A stretch of DNA of 64,000 bases from Candidatus Micrarchaeota archaeon (GTDB lineage: Archaea; Micrarchaeota; Micrarchaeia; Micrarchaeales; CABMGC01). The stretch spans positions 10,572 to 74,571 of the forward strand of contig JAJZOF010000020.1 in assembly GCA_021811535.1 (NCBI GenBank). Direction: 5' to 3'. The position numbers and the translations under genes were made by a program. A model generated the notes under the pieces. That model saw only the letters and a program-made list of their open reading frames with translations. It made no database searches and was not told the origin of the DNA. Below, piece after piece: positions 26,343 to 35,726 of the stretch; position 1 is the first letter of the stretch, and the number at the start of each line of letters is the position of its first letter.

Positions 26343-26907
26343 CGTTATCTTTCTTAAAGTTCATAACTTTATCTATTATTATTTCTGCAACAGCTTCCGG
26401 GGTCTTGTTGTCTGTGTTTATGATCAGATCGAATGGCGTCTTGTCCTTGCCGAGGTTTATGTTGTACATCTCCTTGTATAGGCTGTAGTTCTCCCTGTCC
26501 CTTATCCTTATCATCGCAGAGCTTTCGTTTATATCGGTCTTGTCCCTTAGCGACATCCTCTTCGCGCGCGTCTCTTCCGATGCCGAGAGCCATACCTTGA
26601 ATCCTGCGCTGGTTATCCATGGGGCTGTCCAGCTTGTAACGACTATGTCGCCTTTCTTTATTTTTTCGACAAGCTTTCTGTCAGCTTCCTTGTCGAATTC
26701 CGGGTTCTTCTGCCTCTCCATGAGAAACTTGACGCCCTCTTCCGTGTCCCACCAGTTCTCCCCGCTTGGGCTATAACCCCTTTCCTGGGCCATCTCTTTC
26801 AGTATGTCTCCCCCACCGATCAGCGGAAGGGAGAGTTTCCTGCTTATTATGCTTGCGACTGTGGTCTTACCTGTGGCAGCCATACCGCATATGACTATGG
26901 ACATCAT
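26335..26907 (-). CDS. cmk: Cytidylate kinase (archaeal type)
   Basis: 190-aa ORF with the P-loop ICGMAATGKTTVA, positioned between L34e and L14e. Confidence 0.8.
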   Translation of the reverse strand: MMSIVICGMAATGKTTVASIISRKLSLPLIGGGDILKEMAQERGYSPSGENWWDTEEGVKFLMERQKNPEFDKEADRKLVEKIKKGDIVVTSWTAPWITSAGFKVWLSASEETRAKRMSLRDKTDINESSAMIRIRDRENYSLYKEMYNINLGKDKTPFDLIINTDNKTPEAVAEIIIDKVMNFKKDNVD

Positions 26908-26923
26908 GAGAACCCGCCGAAAA

Positions 26924-27250
26924 CTAGTGCGAAGTCATCTGGAGTATGTAGTTTCTCTGCCTTATGCTTATATCGTTTAGCTTCATCTCCCCGTTCTCTA
27001 TCCGGCTTGCGAGCTTTACCACCTCTGACGTGCATCTTGAGCAGAGGACTCCGCCGAATATTCTCGCATTTGTTTTCTGGGTCTTTGGCCTGTTCAGCTG
27101 ATCCTTCTTCAGGCCATTCAGCTCTTTGCTGCATATTGAGCATTTAGGAAGGCTGCCGCGCCTCCGCGCATAATGTATTACGTGCTTTCCTTTTGGTGTT
27201 ACGCGGTCTAAGCGCCTAAAACTTCTTGATCTGTGCATAGGTTTTGGCAT
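26924..27250 (-). CDS. rpl34e: 50S ribosomal protein L34e
   Basis: The sequence MPKPMHRSRSFRRLDRVTPKGKHVIHYARRRGSLPKCSICSKELNG is a typical L34e N-terminus with its Cys motif. Confidence 0.85.
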   Translation of the reverse strand: MPKPMHRSRSFRRLDRVTPKGKHVIHYARRRGSLPKCSICSKELNGLKKDQLNRPKTQKTNARIFGGVLCSRCTSEVVKLASRIENGEMKLNDISIRQRNYILQMTSH

Positions 27251-27268
27251 ATGAGCACCGTTATGTCA

Positions 27269-27739
27269 TCATACTTGATTGTTAAGGTTTATATTATCTT
27301 TGTTGATTTTTGCTGCCTTTTTCCTGTCCATTGCAAGTATTATCATTGATGATGGGAAGCCTATGATAAAAGCTACGGCAACAAAGAATGTCTCTGCGGT
27401 AAATTTAAAGGACATTATCGTTATGCTGAAACTGTTTGCTGGTATCAGTGCGGGCAGTACCACGTATATCAGTATAAAGAAAACAGGGAGTATCACCAGT
27501 GTAGGCTTGAGCCTTGCAGTAGTGCTCTCCTTCATTAGCGCGGCGAGCTCCTTGTTCTTCGCCATCATCAGCTCGTGCTCCTCGTTCTTTGCGTGCTCTT
27601 TCAGCTCTGCCATCTTCTTCTTCATTATGGCGTCTATCTCTATGAGTCTCTTCGAGTTCGCGAGTTTCCTCTGCAGAAAAGTGGAGAGTGCCACATAGAC
27701 TATTGCAAGAGCCACCAGTATAATTATTGCGGGATCCAT
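27269..27739 (-). CDS. DUF106/EMC3-type membrane protein (archaeal YidC/Oxa1-like insertase candidate)
   Basis: 156-aa ORF with a TM helix, a coiled-coil segment (KKKMAELKEHAKNEEHELMMAKNKELAALMKE), then two more TM helices. It lies between adk and L34e, as in many archaea. Confidence 0.7.
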   Translation of the reverse strand: MDPAIIILVALAIVYVALSTFLQRKLANSKRLIEIDAIMKKKMAELKEHAKNEEHELMMAKNKELAALMKESTTARLKPTLVILPVFFILIYVVLPALIPANSFSITIMSFKFTAETFFVAVAFIIGFPSSMIILAMDRKKAAKINKDNINLNNQV

Positions 27740-27740
27740 A

Positions 27741-28307
27741 TTATTCGCCGGAGAATAGTTCTGCGACTATTTTGCTTATCTCGTTTACAGTATCTGCAAC
27801 CCTGTCCTCCTTGTTGTCTATTATGTAAATAGGTATGTTGTAATGGAGCGCGAATGCTGATATTATTGCTATGTTGACGCTGCGCTGCTCGTCTATATCC
27901 CCTTCTGTCTCCTGCTCACGCTTCCTCGTGGTGTCATTCTGCCTGCGCCTCAAGACTTCCTTTGAGGTCGCATCTATATAGACCACGGCTTTTATCCGTA
28001 TATTCGTAAGCTCCGTTATCGATAGTCCTGGCACGTATCTGCTGCCCTGTTTTACAGTGGCATGGGTATCTATTATGGTGTCCTCCTTCGCCTCTATTAT
28101 GCCCTTGAGAGCCTCTACCCTTGTCTCTATTATGTCATCGTCGCTCATGTACCTTAGTTTATCCCTGTCCGTGACCCCTTTCCTCTGTGCGACCTTGAGC
28201 ATCTCGCTTCCTAGGTTTACTACCTTGACCCCATTCTTTGCAAGCTCTGCGAGGACAGTACTCTTGCCGGAGCCAGGGGTGCCTGTGAATATTATAAGCT
28301 TGGTCAT
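27741..28307 (-). CDS. adkA: Adenylate kinase (archaeal AdkA type)
   Basis: The P-loop FTGTPGSGKSTV is present in a 188-aa ORF, in the conserved neighbourhood. Confidence 0.85.
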   Translation of the reverse strand: MTKLIIFTGTPGSGKSTVLAELAKNGVKVVNLGSEMLKVAQRKGVTDRDKLRYMSDDDIIETRVEALKGIIEAKEDTIIDTHATVKQGSRYVPGLSITELTNIRIKAVVYIDATSKEVLRRRQNDTTRKREQETEGDIDEQRSVNIAIISAFALHYNIPIYIIDNKEDRVADTVNEISKIVAELFSGE

Positions 28308-28377
28308 TGAAACAGCAGTATAATACGTTTATGCTTTATCCCATATTTATTACTTTGCCAGACAATCCTGAAAAGGC

Positions 28378-28408
28378 AAAAAAATCAAATGAGGGCGTAC
28401 TCGCCCTC
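28378..28408 (-). terminator. Hairpin plus T7 tract downstream of the thermosome gene
   Basis: The plus strand reads aaaaaaa tcaaat GAGGGCG tact CGCCCTC. On the minus strand this gives a perfect 7-bp stem with a 4-nt loop, followed 6 nt later by TTTTTTT, 26 nt after the thermosome stop. Confidence 0.55.
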
Positions 28409-28433
28409 GCTTATCCTTCCGTGCGTAGCTGGA

Positions 28434-30098
28434 TTACTCCTCCATTCCGCCCATTCCGCCCGGGCCTCCAGGCATTCCTCCCTGTCCGCCGCCCATGCCT
28501 CTGGTGCCCTTTGAGCTTATCATGTCATCTATTCTCAGGATAGAGACTGATGCCTCAGTAGCACTCGATATCGCCTGTATCTTTACCTTCAGCGGCTCTA
28601 TTATGCCAAGCTTGTCGGTATCGGATATGGAGTTCTTGAAGACGTCTATGCCGAAGTTCTTCCCGTCCTTTGATTTGTGCTTGTTTCTCAGCTGCACGAG
28701 GGTCTCTATAGGATCCATTCCTGCGCTGTCCGCAAGGGACTTTGGTATTATCTCCAGTGCATCGGCGAATGCCTGTATGGCGAGCTGCTCCCTTCCTCCT
28801 ACGTCAGTTGCTGCATCCCTGAGCCTCATAGATACATCGACTTCTGTGCTTCCTCCTCCGGTTACGCACTTCCCATCCTCTATTGCACTCATCAGCGCAC
28901 CTATTACGTCCACAATGGCCCTCTCGACTTCATCTACAGTCTGCTTTGTGCCTCCGCGGATGAATAATGTTACGCTCTTCGGGTCCTTGCACTTCTCCAC
29001 GAAGACCATCTGCTCTCCGGATATCTTGCGCTCCTCAACCATGCCTGCGAAGCCCAGATCTGCCTGCGTTAGGTCGTCGAGGCTCGTTACCAGGCGTGCG
29101 CCTGTTGCTTTTGAGAGCTTCTCCATGTCGCTCTTCTTCACCCTCCTTACCGCAGCTATCCCGTTCTTCGAGAGATAGTGCTGTGCCACATCGTCTATTC
29201 CCTTCTGTACGAATATCACGTTGGCCTTGCTCTTGACTATCTTCTCGACCATCTCCTTGAGCATCTTCTCCTCCTGTTCGAGGAATGCCTGCATCTGCTC
29301 CGGAGATGTTATCTCTATCTTCGCATCTGTCTCGGTCTTCTCTATCTCAAGGGCTATGTCCAGAAGGGCTATTGAGGCGTTCTTTATCTGTTTTGGCATG
29401 CCAGGATGGGTTATCTCCTTGTCTATGAGGACGCCGTTTATCAACTGCGTGTCCTCTATGCTTCCTCCCTCTTTCTTCTCTATCTTTATGAAATCCCTGT
29501 CCACATGGGACTTGGAGCCTTCTTTGGTCGCTACCTGCTTAACAGCCTGTATGGCGAGCTTTGTCAGGTACTTCTTCGTGGCATCGCTCCCTATGTTCTT
29601 GGAGCCGACAGATACCCTGGCTACCTTGTCAAGCTTATCGTCATCTTCAATGGATATGTCAGTAGCTATCGCTCTGAGGGCGGCTATGGCACGCTCTTTT
29701 GCCATCTCGTACCCTTTTATTATTGATGCAGGAGGAACTCCCTGATCCAGCAGGTTGCCTGCGTTCTTGAGAAGATCGCCAGCTATTATTACTGCAGTAG
29801 TTGTGCCGTCTCCTACTTCCTTGTCCTGCGTCTTTGCCACTTCGGACAGGATCTTTGCTATCGGGTGCTCTACATTCATCTCCTCGAGTATGGTTGCCCC
29901 ATCGTTTGTTATTACGATGTCGCCAAGCTCGCTGACAAGCATCTTGTCCATACCCTTCGGACCTAGAGTTGAGCGGACTATGCTTGCTACCGCATAGCCT
30001 ACTGCTATATTGGTCCTCTGAGCTTCCTTTCCTATTAGCCTGCTTGCACCTTCTGGCAATACCAGATACTGTTGTCCTCCTAATTGATTTTCTGCCAT
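28434..30098 (-). CDS. ths: Thermosome subunit (group II chaperonin)
   Basis: 554-aa ORF with [29 protein letters not shown], the GGGSTE region and a C-terminal [15 protein letters not shown] tail. Confidence 0.95.
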   Translation of the reverse strand: MAENQLGGQQYLVLPEGASRLIGKEAQRTNIAVGYAVASIVRSTLGPKGMDKMLVSELGDIVITNDGATILEEMNVEHPIAKILSEVAKTQDKEVGDGTTTAVIIAGDLLKNAGNLLDQGVPPASIIKGYEMAKERAIAALRAIATDISIEDDDKLDKVARVSVGSKNIGSDATKKYLTKLAIQAVKQVATKEGSKSHVDRDFIKIEKKEGGSIEDTQLINGVLIDKEITHPGMPKQIKNASIALLDIALEIEKTETDAKIEITSPEQMQAFLEQEEKMLKEMVEKIVKSKANVIFVQKGIDDVAQHYLSKNGIAAVRRVKKSDMEKLSKATGARLVTSLDDLTQADLGFAGMVEERKISGEQMVFVEKCKDPKSVTLFIRGGTKQTVDEVERAIVDVIGALMSAIEDGKCVTGGGSTEVDVSMRLRDAATDVGGREQLAIQAFADALEIIPKSLADSAGMDPIETLVQLRNKHKSKDGKNFGIDVFKNSISDTDKLGIIEPLKVKIQAISSATEASVSILRIDDMISSKGTRGMGGGQGGMPGGPGGMGGMEE

Positions 30099-30387
30099 AA
30101 ATTCACCTATATTTAAGCATGAGTTTTATCTTTTTGATTTTTGCAAGTTTTTACAGTTGTTTGAAGCGTGATTTTTATGCTCTATGCCGAACCCCTTCAA
30201 CAAGAGCTATTAACTCCTGAGAGACCACCCGCTACAATAGATTTTAGGAGAAATATTGTAATAGCGCCTTATAGCCATATCGTTATAGCAGTAAAGGTAT
30301 AAATACTTTTCTAATGCGCTCTGTTATTTTTGCTGTGTGTTTAAGACGTGTAATCCACAATCCGCTATTTTTGCAAACATTCCTGCG

Positions 30388-30407
30388 TTGTAGAAAAGAT
30401 TTAAATA
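30388..30407 (+). promoter_or_regulatory. BRE/TATA-like 20-mer ttgtagaaaagatttaaata (copy 1)
   Basis: Exact 20-nt identity with 56209..56228. The tttaaata box ends 22 nt before a 32-codon ORF (30430..30528). Confidence 0.4.
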
Positions 30408-30629
30408 GATTGGAACGGGCAAGATATCTATGGCAGAATGGGCATTTGAAGATGCAATCACTTTTCCTGCTTCCGGCATATTTAGCATAGCTGCCATAGT
30501 AATGCGCTTGTTTGCCATATTGGCATAAGCGTCAAGGTAAAATCTTCTTTTTGCTTTGGTGCTTTGTATGATATATAGTATGTTTAATGCCCTTTGCTCC
30601 GCGGATTTCTGGTGGACAGGGAACTGGTA

Positions 30630-32054
30630 ATGTATATGGAACGAATTGCGAGAGGCGGACATCTTTACGAGAAGATGAAGGAAGCTTATAGGAATGGCTT
30701 CGTAGATAATGTAGCGGTGCGCAAGGTAGGACCGGAGATAGAGGGCATATTGGTAAGGGCTTCTGATGGCATGGCACCGAACCTTAAGGAGATAACCGGT
30801 CTCTTTGAGAGCATGAATGCCGGGGACGGGTCCTGGAAGCTGGTCAAGGAAAAACTTATGGTAAATGGCACTGAGAGGGAGATGTGCACAGCGGTAGAGA
30901 AGGAAATAGGAGGTTATAAGGCCACTGTAACCACAGATCTGGGCAAGGGGACTGTAGAGATAACAATACCGCCTGCCGAGACGCTTAGAAAGAGCGAAGA
31001 ATATGTAAGGTCGCTGCTTGGAATGGTATCAGAGGCGGCGGAGGCGAGAGGCTTATACCTTTTAGGCGTAGGGGTACAGCCTTTTACCCCTCCTTCGGTA
31101 AATGTCATGATGCCTAAGGAAAGGTACTCGCACATGCACAGGATAATGGGTGACAACCTCCTTAACATGACACTCACCGCAGCCGCGCAGTGTCATATTG
31201 ACGTAAGCAAGGAGGAGGTAAGCGGCGTGATAAATGCCCTGAATGGCTTTGCGCCTGCGATGATAGCGCTTACGGCGAATTCCACGATAGTCGAGGGCAG
31301 GAAGAGCAGCTATCTGGAGTTCAGGGGTGTCGCATGGGACAATATCGTAGCAGAGGGAAAGCTTGAGAGAGATCGGGTGGGCGTAGCCCCAAGGCTTTCC
31401 GGCGAGGACGCTGCCTTTGAGCTGATTACCAGGTTTGTCCCGTTCCTGACGAAAAGGGAGGGCGAGTATGTCGCATACAACAGACTCAGGAGCATGACCG
31501 AGCACCTCTCGGAAGGTCAGGCAGAGGTATCGCTGATATTTGGGGACAAGGCGTTTGTAGTAGAACTTGACCACGTAGATCTTGCATTCCTTGAGGGAAC
31601 GGTGTGGCACGAAGCCAGGGCCAAGAGTGCATATGGCACTGTAGAGTCGCGTGCCTGCGCGTTCCAGGGCTCCACAGCGGAGATAATGGCAATAGCCGCA
31701 GTTACAAAGGGAATTGCGGAGAACAGGGCGGAGGCTGAGGAGCGTGTAAGCAGGTACACGCTAGAAGAGCTCAGGCGCGGCAGGGATGAGGCGCTCAGGG
31801 ATGGTTTAGGTGCACATGTCGGAAAGGAACCTGTGGAGGAGCTGGCAAGGGACATGCTCAATATCGCAAGGAGCGGACTGGAGAGGTGCGGCGAAGATAC
31901 CTCTTACCTGAAACCTTTATACGACAACCTTAATGCAATGGAAAACCCTGCTGTGAGGACGCGGAAGCTTTACGACGAGCTTGTGAAAGCATCTGGAGGA
32001 GACGATGCGAAGGTCAGGGCTGCATTAGTCGAGAGCATGAGGTTCAAAGGCTGA
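30630..32054 (+). CDS. Glutamate-cysteine ligase family 2 (GCS2 / carboxylate-amine ligase) protein
   Basis: Landmarks match remembered GCS2 blocks: GPEIEGILV, GTVEITIPP, MMPKERYSHM, TAAAQCHIDV, MIALTANSTIVEG and TVWHEARAKS.GTVESRA. The start is set at the ATG at 30630, downstream of atatatag (30571), rather than the track's TTG at 30594. Confidence 0.6.
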   Translation: MYMERIARGGHLYEKMKEAYRNGFVDNVAVRKVGPEIEGILVRASDGMAPNLKEITGLFESMNAGDGSWKLVKEKLMVNGTEREMCTAVEKEIGGYKATVTTDLGKGTVEITIPPAETLRKSEEYVRSLLGMVSEAAEARGLYLLGVGVQPFTPPSVNVMMPKERYSHMHRIMGDNLLNMTLTAAAQCHIDVSKEEVSGVINALNGFAPAMIALTANSTIVEGRKSSYLEFRGVAWDNIVAEGKLERDRVGVAPRLSGEDAAFELITRFVPFLTKREGEYVAYNRLRSMTEHLSEGQAEVSLIFGDKAFVVELDHVDLAFLEGTVWHEARAKSAYGTVESRACAFQGSTAEIMAIAAVTKGIAENRAEAEERVSRYTLEELRRGRDEALRDGLGAHVGKEPVEELARDMLNIARSGLERCGEDTSYLKPLYDNLNAMENPAVRTRKLYDELVKASGGDDAKVRAALVESMRFKG

Positions 32055-32100
32055 CGCATAGACAATTAAATTGATCTGGGAAGATATCAGTGGTAATAGC

Positions 32101-32823
32101 ATGATAGTCGATGTTCATACCCATATAGGTGGGGATATTGATGGCGCGATGCAGAGCAAGGACGAGCTGCTGCTCTCCATGAAGGCTAACAAGGTAGACA
32201 AGGCAGTGGTCTTCCCGTTCAATGAAAAAGGAAACGTCCTTGAGAAGAGCATTGAGCTCCTTGAGAAATGCGGGAAGGATAGGAGATTCGTAAACTTCCT
32301 TAGATTCGACCCTAAGACAATAACCCCGGATGCCCTAGAGGAGAGCCTGCCGCTTTTCAGGGGAGTTAAGCTGCATCCGAGGAGCCAGAACTTCGATCCA
32401 CTGGACAAGAAGTATCGCTGGATATATAAGGCGATTGAGGATTCGCGCAAGCCAGTAATATTCCATACTAGGAAGGAGAACAACCCGAATAGCGACCCAG
32501 ACAGGATAGTCAGGCTTGCGGCGCTATTCCCAAAGATGAATATAATAATAGGGCATTTCGCCGGCGCGTCGAATGTCGCATTCAAGGAGATAGCTGCCCG
32601 GCGCAACCTGTACGTTGAGACCTCCGTGCTCTCAAGCAATTACCTCATCGGCTATGTCACGAAGAAGGTGGTAGGGGCCGATAAAGTGATATTCGGCTCT
32701 GATGCCCCATACTCAGACCAGGAGATAGAGCTGCTTAAGGTAAAGAAAGCTGGTCTTTCCAGGTCTGATGAGAAGAAGGTCCTTGGCGGAAACATATTGA
32801 AGCTCCTGAAGCTTGACAGCTGA
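32101..32823 (+). CDS. Metal-dependent amidohydrolase (TIM-barrel, amidohydrolase_2-like)
   Basis: MIVDVHTHIGGD at the N-terminus is the HxH metal motif. IIGHFAG and FGSDAPY also fit the family. The start is moved to the ATG at 32101. Confidence 0.7.
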   Translation: MIVDVHTHIGGDIDGAMQSKDELLLSMKANKVDKAVVFPFNEKGNVLEKSIELLEKCGKDRRFVNFLRFDPKTITPDALEESLPLFRGVKLHPRSQNFDPLDKKYRWIYKAIEDSRKPVIFHTRKENNPNSDPDRIVRLAALFPKMNIIIGHFAGASNVAFKEIAARRNLYVETSVLSSNYLIGYVTKKVVGADKVIFGSDAPYSDQEIELLKVKKAGLSRSDEKKVLGGNILKLLKLDS

Positions 32824-32830
32824 TTATCCC

Positions 32831-33511
32831 ATGGCGCAACGTTATGCAGGCAGGTTTGGCAGCACTTTTATAGGTATTGAGGACTCCGCCAGATGGGATA
32901 GCACACTTTATTCGCCCCTCAGGGAATTTTACCGCGATAAAAATTTGACTGGTGGCGGTACGCTTGTTGTTGGATGCGGGCATGGACTTGAGCTTCCAGC
33001 CGGGTTTAGTGGTACGTTCATCGATCTTAATACAGAAGCGGTTGCAAATGCAGCGAAGCTCCATACACAGGCAAGGGCGGTCAATGCGAATGCACTTGCT
33101 CTCCCATTCCAGGACATGCAGTTTGATTCAGTGGTACTCTCCCTGATCCTTTCGCAACTGCAGAGAACCGGGATTGGAGGCAGGAAAGGCGATATAGGGG
33201 ATAGCATTGCGGCGTATGATGAGGCATGCAGGGTCATGAAAGAAGACGGAAGACTCTTTGTGATTGATACGGTATCAAGGACCACTACCCTGCTGGTAAA
33301 CGGAAGGGAGCCTTTTACGGAATCGAAGGAGTACTTTGATATTGGCGAGGTAATAGCAGGTTCGTGGAGAAGTGCGGGTGAAGTAGGTGGATTTGTATGG
33401 GTGCAGGATACGCCGCTTGCCTATGTTCCTTCGATAAACGCAGAGATTGCTCCTGCGGGAAGGACTGGTGTAGAATACGGTGTGGCGATCTTCGAGCTGA
33501 AGCGGAACTAA
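32831..33511 (+). CDS. Class I SAM-dependent methyltransferase
   Basis: Motif I LVVGCGHGLE and the post-I/II region FDSVVLSLILSQL are present. The start is either ATG at 32831 or the track's TTG at 32813, which would overlap the previous gene. Confidence 0.6.
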   Translation: MAQRYAGRFGSTFIGIEDSARWDSTLYSPLREFYRDKNLTGGGTLVVGCGHGLELPAGFSGTFIDLNTEAVANAAKLHTQARAVNANALALPFQDMQFDSVVLSLILSQLQRTGIGGRKGDIGDSIAAYDEACRVMKEDGRLFVIDTVSRTTTLLVNGREPFTESKEYFDIGEVIAGSWRSAGEVGGFVWVQDTPLAYVPSINAEIAPAGRTGVEYGVAIFELKRN

Positions 33512-33598
33512 ACGACACTGCCTTCCGCAGCGCTTCCCTGCGCAGGTTTATATAATTTTAGAGCCATAACGTCTAAGGAGCTAATTTTGTGATTTCTT

Positions 33599-34549
33599 AT
33601 GGCTAAGGAAAAAGGCATACACGGCGTTGAGGACCTGCCAGGGATAGGACCGGCTACTGCAGATAAGCTCAAGGAGAAGGGATACGATGACATAGAGAAG
33701 ATAGCTGCAGCTTCGCCATATGAGATCGCAGAGCTTACAGGCATGAGCTCAGAGGCGGCCAAGAAAGCAGTGGAAGCAGCAAGGCAGGCAACAACAGTAG
33801 ATTTTACCACGGGATACGATGCCTACGAGAAGAGGAAGGCCCTTGGGAAGATAAACACGGGGTCCGAGGCTTTGGATGAGCTCCTTGGCGGCGGCGTAGA
33901 GACCAGCGCCATAACAGAAGCTTACGGAAAGTTCGCCTCTGGGAAGACGCAGCTGGGTTTCCAGCTATGCGTCAACGTACAGCTCCCTGTAGGAAAAGGA
34001 GGGCTGGATGGAAGCATCCTCTTCCTTGATACGGAAGGGACTTTCAGGCCGGAGAGGATAGAGTCTATAGCAAAGGCTGCGGGAATGGATCCTAAAGATG
34101 CGCTGAGCAGGATTTATTTCGTAAGGGCACTCACGACCTCGCAACAGATACTTACGATAGAGAGGGCTGACAAGTTGATAAGGGAGAACAACATAAAGCT
34201 CATCGTAGTAGATTCTATGATGGCCCTCTTCAGGTCAGAGTTTATGGGTAGGGGAGCACTGGGAGAGCGGCAGCAGAAACTTAACAGCCATATCCACAAG
34301 CTGCAGATGCTTGCAGACACGTATGGTCTCGCGGTTTATATAACAAACCAAGTAATGGACAATCCGGCAATACTTTTTGGGGATCCTACAACACCAGTAG
34401 GGGGGAATGTGATAGCGCACGCTGCAACGACAAGGCTATATATGCGCAAGAGCAAGGAGGAGAAGAGGATAGTAAGGCTCGTGGACTCGCCGAATATGCC
34501 TGAAGGCGAGGCAGTAATAAAGATCACGGCCAACGGCATAAAGGATTAG
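33599..34549 (+). CDS. radA: DNA repair and recombination protein RadA
   Basis: The N-terminal HhH domain (VEDLPGIGPATADKLKEKGY), Walker A GKFASGKTQL and Walker B LIVVDS are present in a 316-aa ORF. Confidence 0.93.
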   Translation: MAKEKGIHGVEDLPGIGPATADKLKEKGYDDIEKIAAASPYEIAELTGMSSEAAKKAVEAARQATTVDFTTGYDAYEKRKALGKINTGSEALDELLGGGVETSAITEAYGKFASGKTQLGFQLCVNVQLPVGKGGLDGSILFLDTEGTFRPERIESIAKAAGMDPKDALSRIYFVRALTTSQQILTIERADKLIRENNIKLIVVDSMMALFRSEFMGRGALGERQQKLNSHIHKLQMLADTYGLAVYITNQVMDNPAILFGDPTTPVGGNVIAHAATTRLYMRKSKEEKRIVRLVDSPNMPEGEAVIKITANGIKD

Positions 34550-34556
34550 TGTTTAA

Positions 34557-35330
34557 ATGCTCATACTGGCAGGGCTGGGGCTGGAGAAGGGGGATATCTC
34601 GCTGAGGTCCTTAGAGTACCTGAAACGTTGCGATGCCATATATTTCGATTCATATACTTCTTTTGTATCTGGCGAATACCTCTCTTTCTTAAGCGATATG
34701 CTGGGCAAGGTTATAGTGCCAATTGAGAGGAACGCGCTTGAGGACAGAGTGTGGGAGACGATCAAGCCTGCCAAGGACGGGGATATAGGCATTGTCGTAG
34801 GAGGTGACCCGCTTATAGCCACTACACACAAGATAATAATATCGGAAGCGCATAAACATGGGATAAAGACGGTTGTTCTTCATTCTTCATCGGTATTTTC
34901 TGCTGCAATAGGAGAGAGCGGCCTAGATTTCTACAGGTTCGGGCCTACGGTTACCCTACCCTTCTGGTCGGAGAACTACAAGCCGGTATCTTTCCTGAAG
35001 AGCATAGAGAAAAATCTTGGGAATGGGGAGCATACTCTTCTTCTGCTTGACATACGCAAGCCGGGAACTCCCATGACTCTTGCAGAAGCTGCAGAGATAC
35101 TTGCTAAGGCAATCAAGGCATCTGGAGAAAATAAGCTGGGAAATGTGAGATTCTTGATAATGGCAGATGCCGGGAAGGATGGTGCTGTAAAGTTCTCCGC
35201 TACAATAGATGAGATGAGTGCTTACGATGGCAGCAGGCTTGCAGGAAAGGCGCTGTGCATGATTATTCCTGCCCCTTTATCATTCGCTGAAAAGGAAGCG
35301 CTCGCAGCCGCAGGTATAATTGGATTCTGA
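34557..35330 (+). CDS. dph5: Diphthine synthase
   Basis: MLILAGLGLEKGDISLRSLEYLKRCDAIYFDSYTS and GGDPLIATTH are tetrapyrrole-methylase-fold motifs typical of Dph5. Confidence 0.85.
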   Translation: MLILAGLGLEKGDISLRSLEYLKRCDAIYFDSYTSFVSGEYLSFLSDMLGKVIVPIERNALEDRVWETIKPAKDGDIGIVVGGDPLIATTHKIIISEAHKHGIKTVVLHSSSVFSAAIGESGLDFYRFGPTVTLPFWSENYKPVSFLKSIEKNLGNGEHTLLLLDIRKPGTPMTLAEAAEILAKAIKASGENKLGNVRFLIMADAGKDGAVKFSATIDEMSAYDGSRLAGKALCMIIPAPLSFAEKEALAAAGIIGF

Positions 35331-35438
35331 CCTTTCCCAGGAACGGCAGCACGCAATCTATGTTTGCCTTTAGGCCATGTCTTTAAATTAGAAAATAATG
35401 AAAATGGGGTCGCCCCCAAATTCGTACAGTAGAAGGAT

Positions 35439-35726
35439 TTACCTTTCCTCCCTTGCCCGCTGCCTTAATCTAGCTGCGGCTACTGCAACGTGCTGTGCCT
35501 GGACTTCCTGTGCTTCCTCACGTTCCTCAGCAACAGCAACAGCTTCCTCAGCAAGCCTTGCAGCTTCCTCCTCGGTAACTGCGCGCAGTGCGCGTGCGGC
35601 TTCGGGGCTCACTCTCCTTGCTCCTGCTGCCTTAAGAACCTCCTGCAGACGCGCTTCGTCTACGGCTTCCCTTGCATTTCTCCTTGTCTCTCTGCGTCTT
35701 GTTCGTCTTTCCTCTTCTGCCCCCAT
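35439..35726 (-). CDS. Divergent histone-fold (HMf-like) protein with an Arg-rich N-terminal tail
   Basis: 95-aa ORF. The core LQEVLKAAGARRVSPEAARALRAVTEEEAARLAEEAVAVAEEREEAQEVQAQHVAVAAARL aligns by eye with HMfB ([60 protein letters not shown]). The N-terminal tail reads MGAEEERRTRRRETRRNAR. Composition is strongly biased to Ala, Glu and Arg. Confidence 0.5.
   Translation of the reverse strand: MGAEEERRTRRRETRRNAREAVDEARLQEVLKAAGARRVSPEAARALRAVTEEEAARLAEEAVAVAEEREEAQEVQAQHVAVAAARLRQRAREER

Noticed and set aside
28495-29745. Several plus-strand ORFs (227, 174, 106 and 96 aa) overlap the thermosome gene.
   Set aside because: They are shadow ORFs antisense to a highly conserved chaperonin. 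They are Ser/Leu-rich and have no motifs.
30324-30662. A 112-aa minus-strand ORF in the thermosome/GCS2 spacer.
   Set aside because: It has no motif. It overlaps the promoter-like 20-mer and the start of the GCS2 gene, and it lies in AT-rich sequence that is more consistent with intergenic or promoter DNA.
35395-35425. A small hairpin (TGGGG tcg CCCCA) between the convergent dph5 and histone-like genes, considered as a terminator.
   Set aside because: The stem is only 5 bp and no adjacent oligo-T tract is present on either strand.
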